This document shows, piece after piece, positions 29,053 to 42,660 of a stretch of DNA of 64,000 nucleotides. Position 1 is the stretch's first letter, and each line of letters begins with the position of its first letter. The notes beneath the pieces are model-generated. The model did no database searches. It saw nothing but the letters and a program-made list of their open reading frames with translations, and was not told where the DNA came from. The DNA is taken from positions 88,233,741-88,297,740 of the forward strand of contig CM041465.1 in assembly GCA_023213395.1 (NCBI GenBank), given 5' to 3'. Source of the stretch: Cycas panzhihuaensis (taxonomy: Eukaryota; Plantae; Cycadophyta). Made by a program: the position numbers and the translations under genes.

Positions 29053-31840
29053 TGAAGAACGTATGAGGACAGAACAAAGCAGGTAAAATTTTTCTCAATC
29101 CATATTGACAAAGTTTAAACAAATTTACAATGTGTTAGTGGTATTGATGAATATTGGGGGTATTATGCCCCAAAACATATAGTTTGGGAGGCGATCAGGA
29201 GCTCGCCTCAATTGTCATAATTTAAAAATAAAATAGCAATAAACAAAATATTAAACTAAACTTACCATTACATAATGATAGCTTGTGGCAGTTAGAGTAG
29301 GATCACATACTCTAATGTACACTCTTAATAATTAGTAATGAACATTAGACCCAACATTCTCCCCAATTATGTTCATTACATGAAACTCTATGCTTTTCTT
29401 TAAATTTGTGGAACTTGTCCTTTAGACAAACTTTAAGAAAGAGATCTATTGCTTGTTCTTTTACTTTGTCATCATCTTATATTAATGTCTTTGCAATGTA
29501 GTTCCCCTTGATAATATAAGGTTCATGTGGTTTCCAAGCTTATCTTAGTAGGACGAAGTTGACTTGATTTAAATGAGTAGGTCTAGCTTCACTAGGATCT
29601 TTATTTTCTTTATATTTTATTTTGGAGTGATTATCAACTTTATTGGAGTCATCAATAGTATATACAATATTATCAAATACATCATTGTTATTCTACTCTA
29701 TCATTTATCCTACATATAAAACATCATCAACATATTTAATTTCTTCTAGTTTTGTAATGGCTCCCCCATAAACCAATTCTAAAATATCCCATGCATTCTT
29801 TGATGTAGTTATCTCACTAATTCTAGAGAATGTATGGTCATCTAATGCATAAAATATTAACGCTAAGTCTTTGTTGTCTCTTTTACATTTTCTTTAAAGT
29901 TTTATTTGTCTTCATTGTAGCCATCATTTATAAGTTTCTAAAGATTATTAACAATAAAATATAATTTCATTAAATTTCTCCAAAGTTAAAATTTGGTTCC
30001 ATCAAATATAGGTATATGTATATCACCAAGATTTATTGTCATTATAAACACTTTAATACATAATCCAAAGAGAAATATATGGTCTTATTAATCAAGTTAG
30101 AATCCTTAACATCAAATGAAAATAAATTAATAAGAATGCACCTTTTTTAATGAAAAATATATATATGACTCAAGAAATCATTTAAAAAATAATTTAAATA
30201 AGGTATAAAATAGTATACAATTAAAGGAAATACGATACCCTTTGAATGATCTTATACGCATGCAATAGGATGCACTCTAAATGCACTTTTAGATGCAATA
30301 AAAGAACCTTAGGTGATGTTTTAAAAATAAACTTTAATAAAGAGATAAAATGAGCCTATTATGAGTTTCAATATATATATATTAATAAACTAAAGATAAA
30401 TAAGCAATAAATACACTTTTATATGGGCCCCTTTCAAACTACAAAAAGATGTAAAGTATGCTTTAAATATAGCCTTTAAATATGCACTTTTATTTTAGCC
30501 TTGAATGCACTTTTAAAAATATGCTTTAAAAGAAGTAAGTTGACCTTTAAATGAATAAAATAGGCTTGATATGAGCTTTGACATAAAGTGAATGGACTAT
30601 AAACTAAAATAATAGCCTTAAAACAAAGTTACTAAGGGTTAGCAAGCATTGGTTTGTGAGATTGGCTATCAAAAGTCTTCCTTTCTTTCAAGAGGCCAAA
30701 ATTTGTAAAAATCAAATGTGAGCCTCTACAAATCAAGTAAAATTAGTCAAAAATAAATTAGTAACTCAATATCATATAAATATACTTGAATGAAATAATA
30801 AAATAGCTCAACATAGTTGAAAAATGCTTAAACTTTAACTAAATAGAATGACTAATTTTAGTAAAGTTAAACTCCTATAAGATATCTTTAAAACTCAATA
30901 AAAGTAGGTCGAGTATGTAGACAATTAAATTCTCTTTCCAACAGATCCAACTGTTTGAAAAATAGGCTACTTGATCAAAAGTTATAGTCAAAATTGTACA
31001 AAGATCTTTTTAAGGCAAAAAAATGAGTAAGGGGAGGGGGGGAGGGGAGGGGTGTTAAGCCCCTTTGAACTGAGGCCCCAGGTCACCTAAAGGGAAAATA
31101 AGATCACCTGCTAACCTACAATGATGGCTAGTGGATTTGAAATATTATTAAAAGGAATTAAATCTTTTAAAAACTAAAATAATCAAAAAGAACCTATAAC
31201 TTTTTCAAATTAGATGCCTTTTTTGACTAAAAACAAGGTTACGTGAAGCCTCAATCGAACCACCTGTTGGGGGCTTAAGAGGGCTAACTCTAAAGATTAT
31301 AAAATTAAATTAAATCAATATTTAAACTGTGAAAAAGAAATATATGTATAAAAAATAAATAATAGATGCACGACGAGAATGAAGAAATGGTGAACACAAT
31401 CTAGCTTCAGAGAGTTAGATCTCTCAATCGAGGTAACTAAAATCTGATCTGATTTCTCTATCATAAAGATAACTCTGTTGGGATCATAACAAGAGATCAT
31501 ATGGCAGGGTTTTATTATACCAGCAATGAACTACAACAGTTTAAACATAGGAGTTTTTCCCATAACTTCAAGGAAAAGATAAACTGAGATTTAGAACATA
31601 TGCAGAGCAGTAGATTTATCAAATTTTTAATGTTGAGTAAGGTCAGAGTTGCTTGTCGCCTAAATAATACATGGAGTCACCCAAAATTATATCACCAAAA
31701 GCAACAGGATATGCCCAAAATGGTCATAATGAGGAAGCCATAAGTAAGGAACAATTGGTGGCTCTTATGGTCAAAGCAGGTTCCTTATACCCTACAATTG
31801 TAGAGGATATTAGAGATTTTGCAAGAAAGGACCCTACTCA
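29053..31840 (-). mobile_element. Related non-autonomous copia-derived cargo element, copy C (5' end deleted), inside the Tekay 3' LTR
   Basis: Interrupts the 28845-32287 vs 45300-45964 LTR alignment. LTR 29053-29356, PPT GGGGAGAA, an RNase H tail remnant, and a gag remnant at ~29760-30050 similar to copies A and B. Confidence 0.8.
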
Positions 31841-31844
31841 TCAG
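31701..31844 (+). pseudogene. Fused fragments: PPR motif plus UBP1-associated protein 2 (UBA2)-like segment
   Basis: ATGYAQNGHNEEA matches the PLS-PPR motif GYAQNGxxEEA. It is in frame with SKEQLVALMVKAGSLYPTIVEDIRDFARKDPTHQ, which resembles the UBA2 pre-RRM segment (GSQYPSIAEEIKSVASADPAHR). Confidence 0.65.
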
Positions 31845-32329
31845 ATCCGATCTTCATATATACTACCCATAAGAAATTATCTATTTGGCTTCTGTATTAT
31901 ACAAGCCACAATAATGTAATGATTATAACATTCAAGGCATTAGGTAAAAGTGTCTAACACCTTATAATCAAATCACATCATAAGAAACTAACTATTTTAA
32001 GAAACACAAAATGGTCCACTCTCACACCTAATGGAGTACCATATGAACTTCCCACCTCACATATGGTGAACAAGACAAAATGGTGCACCCTCACACTTAG
32101 TAGAGCATAGAGTAGGCTTCCTCCTTAATAAGGGTGAACAAAAATATGAATATGAAAAGAAAATATTTACTTTTTAAGTATGGCTAGAAGGATAAAAAAG
32201 GTTTATATACATATGAAGTTATTAGATAATCTATCTAAAGGGAAATAATTCTCAAGTCATAAGTCACCTTAGGGTTGGGCCTTTATAGTCCCCTACCCTT
32301 TAATGAACCATTAACCTAATGCAGTTCAA

Positions 32330-35300
32330 CCTATTGCGAATAGCTATGGATACTATTATAACATATCATCTTCTAACTCCAATGTAACTTCATCTAGAGT
32401 CAAATGTTGCCATTGTACCTTTACTTAAATGACTCTATTTAGTAATACCTTCTCTCTATTATCTAAGATTCCGATAGGTTCTTCTTTAAAATTAAGACTT
32501 GATCTTGCTATCATGTTAGTATAATTAAATATATGTTTTGAATCTAGCACATATTTCTTCAATAATAAGACATGGAAAATATTATGTAGTTTTAAGTTGG
32601 TGGCAAGGCTAACTTGTATGTAACGTGTCAAATCCTTTTAAGGACTTCAAATAGGCCACAATTTCTTGGTGACAATTTCCCATAGTTACATAGGCTAAGA
32701 GAACTATACTTAGGTCTTACTTGTAAGAAGACTTGACCTCCAACTTGTAACTTTTTTACTTGTCCTATGCCATCTTCAGGTTCTTGTCTTAGGTTAGGTA
32801 CCTACCTTTGCATCTGTTGCAGTGTTTCTAGTCCCAAAATATACCTATCTTTCAAATTTCCCAGTTAAGTGGTATCTTGCAACTCCTACTATACAATGCC
32901 TCAAATGGACTTATACCCAAAATGCGGTATGCATTATTATAAGTAAATTTTGATAAATGAACATAAGCTTCTCAATGAGTTGATTAGTCCTTGGTATACA
33001 TTTGAAGTAAGTCTTAGAGTACTTGATTTATTCTTTCTATTTACTCATCTATCTCTAGGTTGTAACTCATGCTAAAATTTAGCTTTGTTCCTAACTCTTA
33101 AAACATTGATTACCAAAACTTGGAGGTAAATTTAGCATCTATGTTAGAAATAATTACCTTATGCATAGCATACAACTTCACTATTTCTTTCATAAAGATG
33201 ACAACAATGTCTAGCATTTTGTTTATAGAGCAAACAGGTATGAAGTATATTGACTTGGTCAATTTATCCACTACCATTAGAATAACATCATGTTGCCTGG
33301 ATCTTTTAGGCAGACCTATGATAAAATCCATAATTAAAGTCCCCCACTTCTATTCTAGAATATCAATAGGCTACAACAATCATATTGGATGCTTATGCTT
33401 GACGTTCACTCTTTGACATGTTAAACATTTGGCAACAAATCTCACATCATCTTTCTTCATACTTGGACAATAGAATTATCTTTTCACAACTATATAGGTT
33501 TTATTATATCCTAGGTGTCCTTCATATGGAATGCCATGTGCCTCATGTAAGATCAATTCTCTAATTTTTTATCTGTGTAGTACACAAATCTTTTATGGAT
33601 ATGCCAATGCGTCATCCTCCATCATTTTAAACCCTACAAACTTTCTCAAAAGCATAGCATCTATACTTTCCCATTTTTATTATTGTTGTAAGATATCTTT
33701 TACTTGATTATAAAATACATCTTCTATACATGCCATTGAAATAGAATCGAGTAAATCAATTAGAGCATACTCACTAAAGTAACATGCCTTCTTCAACTCA
33801 AGGCATCTTGCCTTTGATGTATTTTAGCTAAAAGTCAAACTTGCTTAGGTATTCCATCCACCTATGCTATCTAAAATTTAATCATGGTTGTGTGAAAATA
33901 TATGGGAGACTATTATTATATGTGTGTAGTTTGAATCTCCTCCCTATCAAATAGTGCCTCTATGCTTTGAGCATGTACTTAACTACTACAAGATCTAAAT
34001 TATGAACTAGATAATTCTTCTCATACTCTTTCAACTTCCTTGATTAATAATAAATAACTTTTCTTCCCTACATCAAGATTACACCAAGTCCTCCAATGAT
34101 TGCATCAATATAAACCAAAAAATATGAGTTTGGATTTGGTATAATAAGAATGGATGCTATGGTAAGTTGTTTCTTTAACAACTAGAATCTTTCTCTATAT
34201 AATTTTGTCCATTCAAATTTAATATTCTTCTTTTGGAATGAACCAATAAGGAGCTACTATTATAGAGAAGTTTTCATATACCTTCTACAATATCCAACAA
34301 AACCTATGAAACTCCTTACTTCCTATATATTTCTAGGTGATGGCCAATCCATGATTACCATTATCTTATATGGATTAATAGAGGTCCTTACTAGTAAAGT
34401 AAAATACTTCCTCCTTATAAAACTCACATTTGCTAAATTTGGAATATAACTTGTACTCTCAAAGTAGCTATAACACAATGCACAAGTATTTCTCATGCTC
34501 CTACTTAGTCTTAGAATAAATTAGTATATCATTAATAAATACAATAATAAATTTATCTAAGTATTTCTAGAACACATTATTCATCATGCATATGAATGTT
34601 ACTAGTGCATTTGTTAAGCCAAATGGCATTATTACAAACTCGTAATATCCATACCTTGTTCTGAAAGCTATCTTAAAAATTTCTTCATCCTTTAATCTGG
34701 TAATATCCAAACCTTAGATCAATCTTAGTAAATAATGTTTTACCTTCCATTTGATTAAATAAGTCCTCAATTCTAGGTGATGGGTACTTATTCTTGATTG
34801 TTGCTTTATTTAGTTTCTTATAATCTATGCATAGCCTTAAGGTTCCATCATTATTTTTGACAAATAAAACTGAAGCTACCCAAGGTGAAATACTTGTTCT
34901 AATAAAGCCTTTATCGAGCATATCCTACAACTACATTTTTTTAATTTAGCTAGTTTAAGTATGACTAATTAATAAGGTGCCTTGGAGATTAGTTCTACCC
35001 TTGGCATAAGTTTTATGGCATAATCAACATCTTTCTTTAGGGGTAACTTTAGTAATTCATCCAAAAATATACCCTTAAAATTTTGTATTACTGGAATGTC
35101 TTCTAAGTTAGATCCTTTAAGCATTCCTTCCTTGTTCACATGGGCTACATAGGCTTAGCAACCCTTCCAAAAATATTTCTATACTTGTGTAGAAAAAATC
35201 TACCATACACTAACTAAGATCTTCTTCCCTTGAATAGTTACACGTTCTCCAACATCATTCAGACATTCAATAAGTTTCTCATAATAATCAAATTTGGTGG

Positions 35301-36890
35301 GGTCCTCCAACCATTCCATACCAATAATAACATCATAGTCACATAGTGGTATAATTTGAAATGTTGTATATGTGGACCATGTTCCCCACTCTAATGGACA
35401 AGAAGGTACAAATTCTATTACCTATTTTTTGTTGCCATTTGCCATGTGAGTATTCTATTTTATCTCATGGCATTGCAGCTTAAGTTTGTATTTTTCTGCA
35501 AACCTAGGACGTATGAAATTATGACTACTTCCTAAGTCAATGAATAAAGTTTGTTCTTATCCAACAATCTTACCTATTGCTTGCACCATGATGAATTGGT
35601 GATTGACTTGTCTTCCCTCAATTGCTACATGCACATGCACATGCATATGCCCTACTTCTTGGGCTTCTTCTACAACTATAATGTGCAAGTCCATATTATG
35701 AGATCTTCCACTCGTTCATACCTTTTGTGGACAATTTGTAGTAAAATGCTCTCACATGTTGTATATGTAACATCTTCCTTCACCTCAGTTTCTTGGGACA
35801 TTGGTAGGCTACTAGTTAGGCTTTGGATTTCTCCATGGAGGATTGAAAGTTTTTTCTATTTTTTCTATCTTAATTAAATCTTTGGATACTAAAATCTCTT
35901 CTTAGTGGACCTTGCCTTGCTTTTTGTTTTTCCCTTCCAGCCAATTGGCTTATCATGTGGCCTTGCCCATTGCTTTTCACAACATCTAGCTTTACAAATT
36001 GCCTCTTCAAGGGTCTTTGGTTTAATTATTTTGATACTATTTTGAATGCCTTCATTAAGCTTACTAATGAACCTATGTACCTTCACTCTCTTCTCTTATA
36101 TATAGGGTACATATTGAAGTAATTCCATGAATGTTCTCTCATATTCATCAATTGCTCTCCTTCCTTGCTTCAACTCATGGAAGCCTTTATTTTCTTATCA
36201 TAACATTGTTATAGGAGGTACTTCTATTTGAAGTACTTCACTAACTTGGTCCATCCCATCTCTCTTTCTGGAAGGCCCTTTACTTTCTTGTGATGCTTCC
36301 ACCACAAAAATGCCTTCCTTGTCAAAATGTAGATAACCACTCTCACCTTTTAATTTGAGTGGAAATCATTCAAACCAAAATATTTTTCAATATTAATAAG
36401 TTAAGCTTCTAGTTCTCCTTTATTTATGATTTCTCTACTAAAGATAAGTAGCATTATCTTCCTCATCTCAAACTAGAGTGTGTTCCTCCTTCCTTTATCT
36501 TCCCTTCATGTTGGTTTTGGCATTACATTCGAAGATTTTATGTTAGAGAAATGATACCCTTCCCTATGATCTCATGTTCTTCTTCTAGTTCTTTTATTGG
36601 AGTGCTCACAAATTGATAGCTCATGTGACCTAGTCCTTCTTCCATTGCTTTTAATATTCTAAATCCTTTCGGACCTCTCTTGCTTAATGGTTCTTTGTAT
36701 GTTAGAGAGCATTACTTCATGGCTTCTTAAGATTATTGTGTTGTCCTCCTTATGACTTCTTAGTTACTCTTTCAATTTATGAATAGTCTATACTACAACC
36801 ATGGAAATATCTACCTATGTGTTTCCTCTTTAACTTTGAAATTCCTCCTTTTCCATCTATATAGGATTTAGGTTTCCCCAGCCTTCATGT
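32330..36890 (-). pseudogene. gypsy gag-pol with chromodomain, degenerate
   Basis: ORF fragments 35889-36086 (gag), 34685-34921 (RT), 33110-33331 (integrase) and 32425-32631. Confidence 0.92.
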
Positions 36891-38389
36891 GCCATTCTAT
36901 AATCATCTCTAAATCTATCTATTCTTTGCTCAACTATTTGGTCTACAATTTTTGTATCTTATTAACTTTCAAATTGAATGTTATTCAACCTTTAAACTCC
37001 ATTGCTCTAATACCACTATATTAGGGCTTGATTTGCTTAACATTGAAAACAACTGTTACAACCCAACTTAAGGCCAACACCTGATTTTTTGATGCTTGAA
37101 TTTGTGAAGGCTTCTCAACTATTAATTTACACAGTTGAATTGTTTTCCCAATGAAAGTGACAAATTCAAGACATAAAGGTGCTTATACAATTTTAAAAAA
37201 TAGCATATATAAAGATACAAGTGACCATAACTAAAGCATTCATTACTAAGATAACATTTGCTATAGATATAATAAAGAATAGAAGGCCAACTAGCTAGAT
37301 TACTTCTAATGCGTTCACCCATCCAACCTTTCATGATCTTATAGCGAAAAGTACCCTCAAACTAGAGTACATAATATGAATGTAGGAGTATTGATGTTTT
37401 CTCTCTTCACATAAGACCCCCAAGCTATCCTATCACAAAGGTTTCTTTAAAATACAAATCTTACAAATAGTTACTACTGTAATCTTACATATTCTATTAT
37501 AACCACACTTACTTCACACTTTTCTTGTATATCAAAATAATAACTAAAAATATCATATATATATATATATGATTCTTGCTAGACTAATCTTATCAGACTA
37601 CCATCATTGTGCAAACTAGTATGTCAATAATCCCATGTATTCACTTTACCTACTCATTTCAATGGGTTGTTTGTTTCATACCACATAACTCACATCAATT
37701 GTTGAGGTTAATAATCATCACCCCACTCCCACCTTTCAATCAGGAGTGCACACCTCACTTCCACCAATTTACACATGTGAGTGCTTACATGTGAAGGTAA
37801 GTATAAGATAAGGTTAAGTTGATTTGACTTAATTTGAGCTAAGTTCATCTGAGTTAAATTAAGTTATATTTTATTATTATTTAAATTTTAAGGGTTAAGG
37901 AGTTTCCCTCCTCCCCCAAACTATATGTTTGGAGGAGTGTGCAACCTTGATGTCTTTAAATACCACCTACTTTTGGATATTTGTAATGCTCTCTCTCAAA
38001 TAATGGATTGAATACAAAGGATTTTCTGTTTATGCAATATGTGTTGATTATGTATTTATGCTCTGCCATGTTCTCCATATTTTATTTTCCTACATTTGGT
38101 ATCAGAGCAGAGATTGTTGGCCTATTACACCTCCATTTGAAGTTTTTTGAAGAGCAAGAAGATCTATTAGCATTTTGAGGCAGATCTACTCACAACAAAG
38201 AAATATCAGTTATATTTATCTTCTACAAAGTCTTTTTAGCAGTTTTTTGTATTATTTTTTCATCAAGATCTAATTATTCTTTATTTATACTTGTGAAATA
38301 ATAAATATTTTTTTAGATCTATGAAGGAACATAGCTACAATCGCAAGTATTCAAGATTTTATCACTCTATGGAGGTTTTATTCTTCAGA

Positions 38390-38560
38390 TCTGTATATTT
38401 TATCAAATATTTAGCTATTTTTCTAGTTTATTTTTATTTATATATTTAATATTTTTTTTAGATCTGTAATATTTTCTCCAAATCTATAATATTTTCTCTA
38501 AATCTATAATATTTTCTTCAGATCTATGTAATATTTGCTCTAGATCTACACATTTTGTCA
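38390..38560 (+). repeat. ~20-bp tandem repeat (AGATCTRTAATATTTTCTCY)
   Basis: Five to six adjacent units. Confidence 0.7.
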
Positions 38561-38860
38561 AATATTTAACCATTTTTTTGGTACATTTGGTCTATTTATT
38601 CAAGTTTTTCTTTCATATCTGTGCAAGTTTTAATGCATATTCAGCCTAACAAGCCTCTTGGAGAAGTTATACTATAGTAGATCCATCTACTGGAAGAATC
38701 TAAAGTCTATTTTCTGCAAATCAACCACAGCTGCATTACTAGGTTCTTCTTCCTCTTATATTCAAATTTAAACATATATATTTCTTATTTCTTTGATATA
38801 TTTTCTTTAACATATTTGAAAAAAAAAAAAATTTGGTTTCATTTGTGGCTTCTCTTCCTA

Positions 38861-38989
38861 CTCTTTCCTTTCATTTACAAGAAGAAGAGCTATTGCACCA
38901 GCTGCTTGTATAAATTTGGTTGTACATTTACCTCGTTGCACCAACACTGCATTTCTAATAAGCTTTTCAGTTGGATTAGTGCAGCAATT
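38861..38989 (-). pseudogene. Captured fragment of a signal peptide peptidase-like (SPPL) PA domain
   Basis: NCCTNPTEKLIRNAVLVQRGKCTTKFIQAAGAIALLLVNERKE resembles SPPL DCCSxPxxKL...LVxRGxCxFTTKA...AAGAxAxLxxN. Confidence 0.75.
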
Positions 38990-39056
38990 TCCCTTTTTTC
39001 TGTTGCTTTGTAAGTTTGTGGCCTTCAAGTTCAATGCATTGCTTGCTTTAGATCAC

Positions 39057-39167
39057 TTTAAGCTGGATAAGCTGGCTATAGTAACGCTTGTCAATGTCCT
39101 TTTACTCTGCTTGTTTAAGATTAACTTTATTTTTTGAGATGTTACTATGATAGACTGATATTCTTCC
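39057..39167 (-). pseudogene. RAD50: Captured fragment of DNA repair protein RAD50
   Basis: GRISVYHSNISKNKVNLKQAE*KDIDKRYYSQLIQLK vs recalled plant RAD50 GTxSVYxSxISKNxVxLKQAQYKDIDKRxFDQLIQLK. Confidence 0.88.
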
Positions 39168-39174
39168 CTAGTAT

Positions 39175-39650
39175 TTGTTCCTCTGCATTGTTTGCTCTAC
39201 ATGTTTCTATTTCATTCTCTGCTCTCATTCTAGACACTAAAAGATCATACTCCTCTTGCATCCTTGAAATCTCAGCATTCAGACGATTAGTGTTCCTTTT
39301 AGCAGTTTTAGCTAACTTTTTCACTTTCTCCTCAAGCCTTGCTACATTTTCATTTGCAGTTATTAGTTTAGACCCTGCTTCAGCATGCGACTTCATTTCA
39401 TGTTGAAACTTCATCTCAAACTGACTACAGCGCTTTACTTGTGTCTGAAGCCACTCCTGAAACTGTTTGACCTCTTTTGTGAATGGTTCCTGGACTGCTT
39501 TCTCACGCCCATTGGCAGCCACTAACTCTAGTTCCATGACCTGAATGTGAGCCTCTAACTTGTTCTTATGAATTTCTTGATTACTATTGTCTTCTTTCAA
39601 GGATTTAACAACAGATTCAAGCTCCATAAACTATTGTTTCTTGATACTGG
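39175..39650 (-). pseudogene. MAD1: Captured N-terminal coiled-coil fragment of spindle checkpoint protein MAD1
   Basis: ORF 39145-39627 reads ELELVAANGREKAVQE...CSQFEMKFQHEM...RLNAEI...CRANNAEE, vs recalled plant MAD1 EQELAAAKAREKMLQE...CHELEVKLQNEM...RLNNDI...CRAQNAETE. Confidence 0.85.
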
Positions 39651-39709
39651 TATTTTGAACCACTTTTGCAACTTACACAGGGGATCATAAATCACATCCA
39701 AGTTTCTAT

Positions 39710-40243
39710 TCATGTAAGAAGTTTGCACGTCCATAAGTGTGCCTCTAGTAAATCGTGTGCCATTTAGTTGATTCCACTACAATGCTGTAGGTTTAAGACA
39801 AGCAATGTTTCACCTATTTGGTGAACCCGACGTAAACCCATCTTCCCCATATAAGGCAGACACTTGTCTGTAATCTGCATAGAACCAGAAAAAGAAAGAA
39901 TCCGTAAAGTATATTTTCTTGCATATGCTAAAGAAGTAATTCCACTATCTGTAATACCACATTTTGACATGTCCAAGTCTTATAGAGTTAAGTAGCAATC
40001 TGCAATAATCCTGAGGCTTTGATCTGTCAACTTTCTATAGCCATCCAGATTTAGAGTCTAAAGGGTCTCTCCAAATAGGTTAGCTATAGTATATATAGCC
40101 ATGTCTATTACTTCAATACATCTAGATAGGTTCACTTTCACCTAGGTTATTTTATTGCTTTCCATGAGTGCAAAAAGACCATCATTAGAGACCCCAATAA
40201 GCCCGTTGAGGTCAATATATTGCACCTGAGGACATACCATTTC
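39710..40243 (-). pseudogene. EBF1: Captured C-terminal LRR fragment of an EIN3-binding F-box protein (EBF1/2-like)
   Basis: CPQVQYIDLNGL...KVNLSRC...TLNLDGYRKLTDQSL...DLDMSKCGITDSGITSLA...ETLLVLNLQHCSGI...LWTCKLLT* matches the EBF C-terminus (LLGLNLQHCNAI...LWRCDIL). Contains stops and a frameshift; the paralogue cannot be resolved. Confidence 0.88.
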
Positions 40244-41989
40244 TAAGGGAACAAGAAGAGGAGACTACGAGGGAGTCGGAAAAGAAATTAGCCCAAGTAG
40301 CGGGGACGAAGAAGATTAAGGTGGAGGAGTGACCATTCTTCGCTGCCTGGGAGGAGTCCTGAACATCATCTTGGACCTTTAAATTTTTCTTTTAAATGGA
40401 AGAGCTATGACCACGAACCCTAACACTGCTCAGTGCATCATATATTCTCCACGTCTTCGAGCCCCCAACTTTCGACTGAAGCGCCTCTTTTTCATCGATT
40501 CGATAATCGATATTAGAGTGCGATTCGCCCATGGCGGTCGCTTTGCATGATAGCCCAACAATGACGACAACAGCGTTCTAAGTTTTGTTTATTATTTTGT
40601 ATATTTTTTTTTTTTAAGTTTCAAAAAAATAAATTTTATTGTATAAAATTTAAGTTCTAGGGTTTTAAAACCCTAGTCCCTTTAGATCTTTAGCCCTTAG
40701 TTTTATGACCCCTTTACATGACCTTTAGCTTTTTTAAAAGGGGCTTCAGTACCTTTATAATTTTTTTTCTTTTTATTTTTTTCATTAAACATAAAGTACT
40801 TGGCAAATTTTTGCCATATCTTTTCATTAGGTCATCGGTTTCTGACGAAACTAGTCCCATTACATCCAAAATTTTCTGAGGTATGATTTCAATTCGTTAT
40901 ATTCCATATTTGAAGCTGATTTGACTTATTTTCAATCAGTTTAAAATCAGTCATTCATTTTTAAAACTTTTTAAAACTAGTTTTACAAAATTCTTTTTTT
41001 TATCATATTATATTTTATCACTGGGAGACTATTTTCTACCCGAATATGTTTTGCAATCATTTATTATCAGTAATCTTCATCACCATCTATTCATTCTATT
41101 TTTTAGGATTTATTTTAATTATTATTTTAATCAATAAAAGTGACACTTTAGCGTTTTTTTAATATTTTAACATAAAAGTACTTACTGCTATTATTATTAT
41201 AACTTTTCTGTTTTATATTAGAATTCCAATCTATCAATTTTGTTGGGAATCTAACTCACTCATCTTTGAACTAACACTATTTTTTATAAGTTTTAAAGTG
41301 TTTTTATAAATTTTCAAATCCATTAAAGTTAAAATATATAATAGCCTCCAATTTGTCATTATTACATATTTACATATATTACTTCTCAAAATTTTCAACT
41401 GAAAATATATTAAGCAACTCTCTAAATTATATTTGATTATTTTTTTATTATTCTATAATTATTTTTACTAGCATTTTTATAATATTTTGAGCCCCAGGCT
41501 CTCGTTAATCCTTAAAAGATGACTGCATCTTTTGTTCATTAAAATATTGACTTGTAGAAACCCGCTTTTAAAACGGTTAGTTCCATTGAATAGTTTTTCG
41601 TTGATCCTCAAATTAGTATAATTTCATTTTATTCTGACATTGTTTAGTATGGCATTGAAGCTGTTAAACTTGAACATTCAGTATATCCTAACAGGCTTGT
41701 CTTCTAAACCCTTTCTTAAGGAGTTCTTCATTTTATTTCTTATTAATTACTTATACTATATGTGATCATTGTCAAAGTTTCAATTCAGATTTGCATAATT
41801 AAAAGGATCTTAGTTACATTTACAATTTGCTTATATATTCATCATATTTCAAATTTTATCTGAAATTATATCTTATAAGTTTGTTGATTTATTGAGTTCT
41901 TTAACTTAGTAAAATCATATTCCTTTTTATGTGTTCAAGTTTTATGTAAAATGGTAATCAATCTTAATAAAGTACAATTTTTTATATTT

Positions 41990-42660
41990 GATGGCCATAA
42001 TTTTTCACAATGACATCAGACAATGCAACATTATTTTATTACAAATGATCTTTAGAAATACTTATAAGATGAGTATGATATTAATATTAAGGAAAATATT
42101 AAAAAATATAATGAAGCCTTAGCTTTACTATTTTGCACTATAGATGATAATGTGTTTTCTAAAGTTTGTGAAATGACAACCTCTAAAACCGTATAGGACA
42201 CTCTATATTCCACTTATGGGGGAGATACCCTCAATGAATTTAACATTGATATTGTTGAGCATATGAGATAGATGTCAGAGTAGGTGGATTGTAATGAAAA
42301 GACCAAGGAAGATTCAATTCAAATGCATGATCATCTTGTTGCACAAGAACCTGATCCTTCATTTGAGGGGAAGAGATATGATGACATGATAATCACTCAC
42401 AATATAAAATTTTCAGAAAATAAAGTTAAAGTTTCAAAAGTTAAAGTCAAAGTTGCAGCCACACCTCCACATCTAAATCAAGCTTCATTTACTTGCAGAT
42501 TTTTTACACCACTCAATGGCAAAGACACATACATTGCTAAAAGGATGAAACAAGTTAATAAAGATCAAGCTAAGAGACAGATTTTTAAAGTTTTTTTTAA
42601 GTATAAATTTTACAAGTTTAAAGAGAAGACAAAGTTGTTCGTGCTGACAATTAAGGGGGA
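41990..42660 (+). pseudogene. copia gag N-terminal remnant joined to an RNase H C-terminal remnant
   Basis: GHNFSQ*...NDL*KYL and a UBN2-like helix, then DQAKRQIFKVFFKYKFYKFKEK...IKGE ending at the PPT. Confidence 0.7.

Noticed and set aside
39145-39627. 160-aa ORF as a functional MAD1 gene
   Set aside because: It is only a partial coiled-coil segment, runs out of frame into RAD50 sequence, and lies inside an LTR element.
38820-40580. Cargo as an independently inserted Pack-MULE or Helitron
   Set aside because: No TIRs, 9-bp TSD or Helitron hairpin-CTAG end was found by eye. Disfavoured, but not formally excluded.
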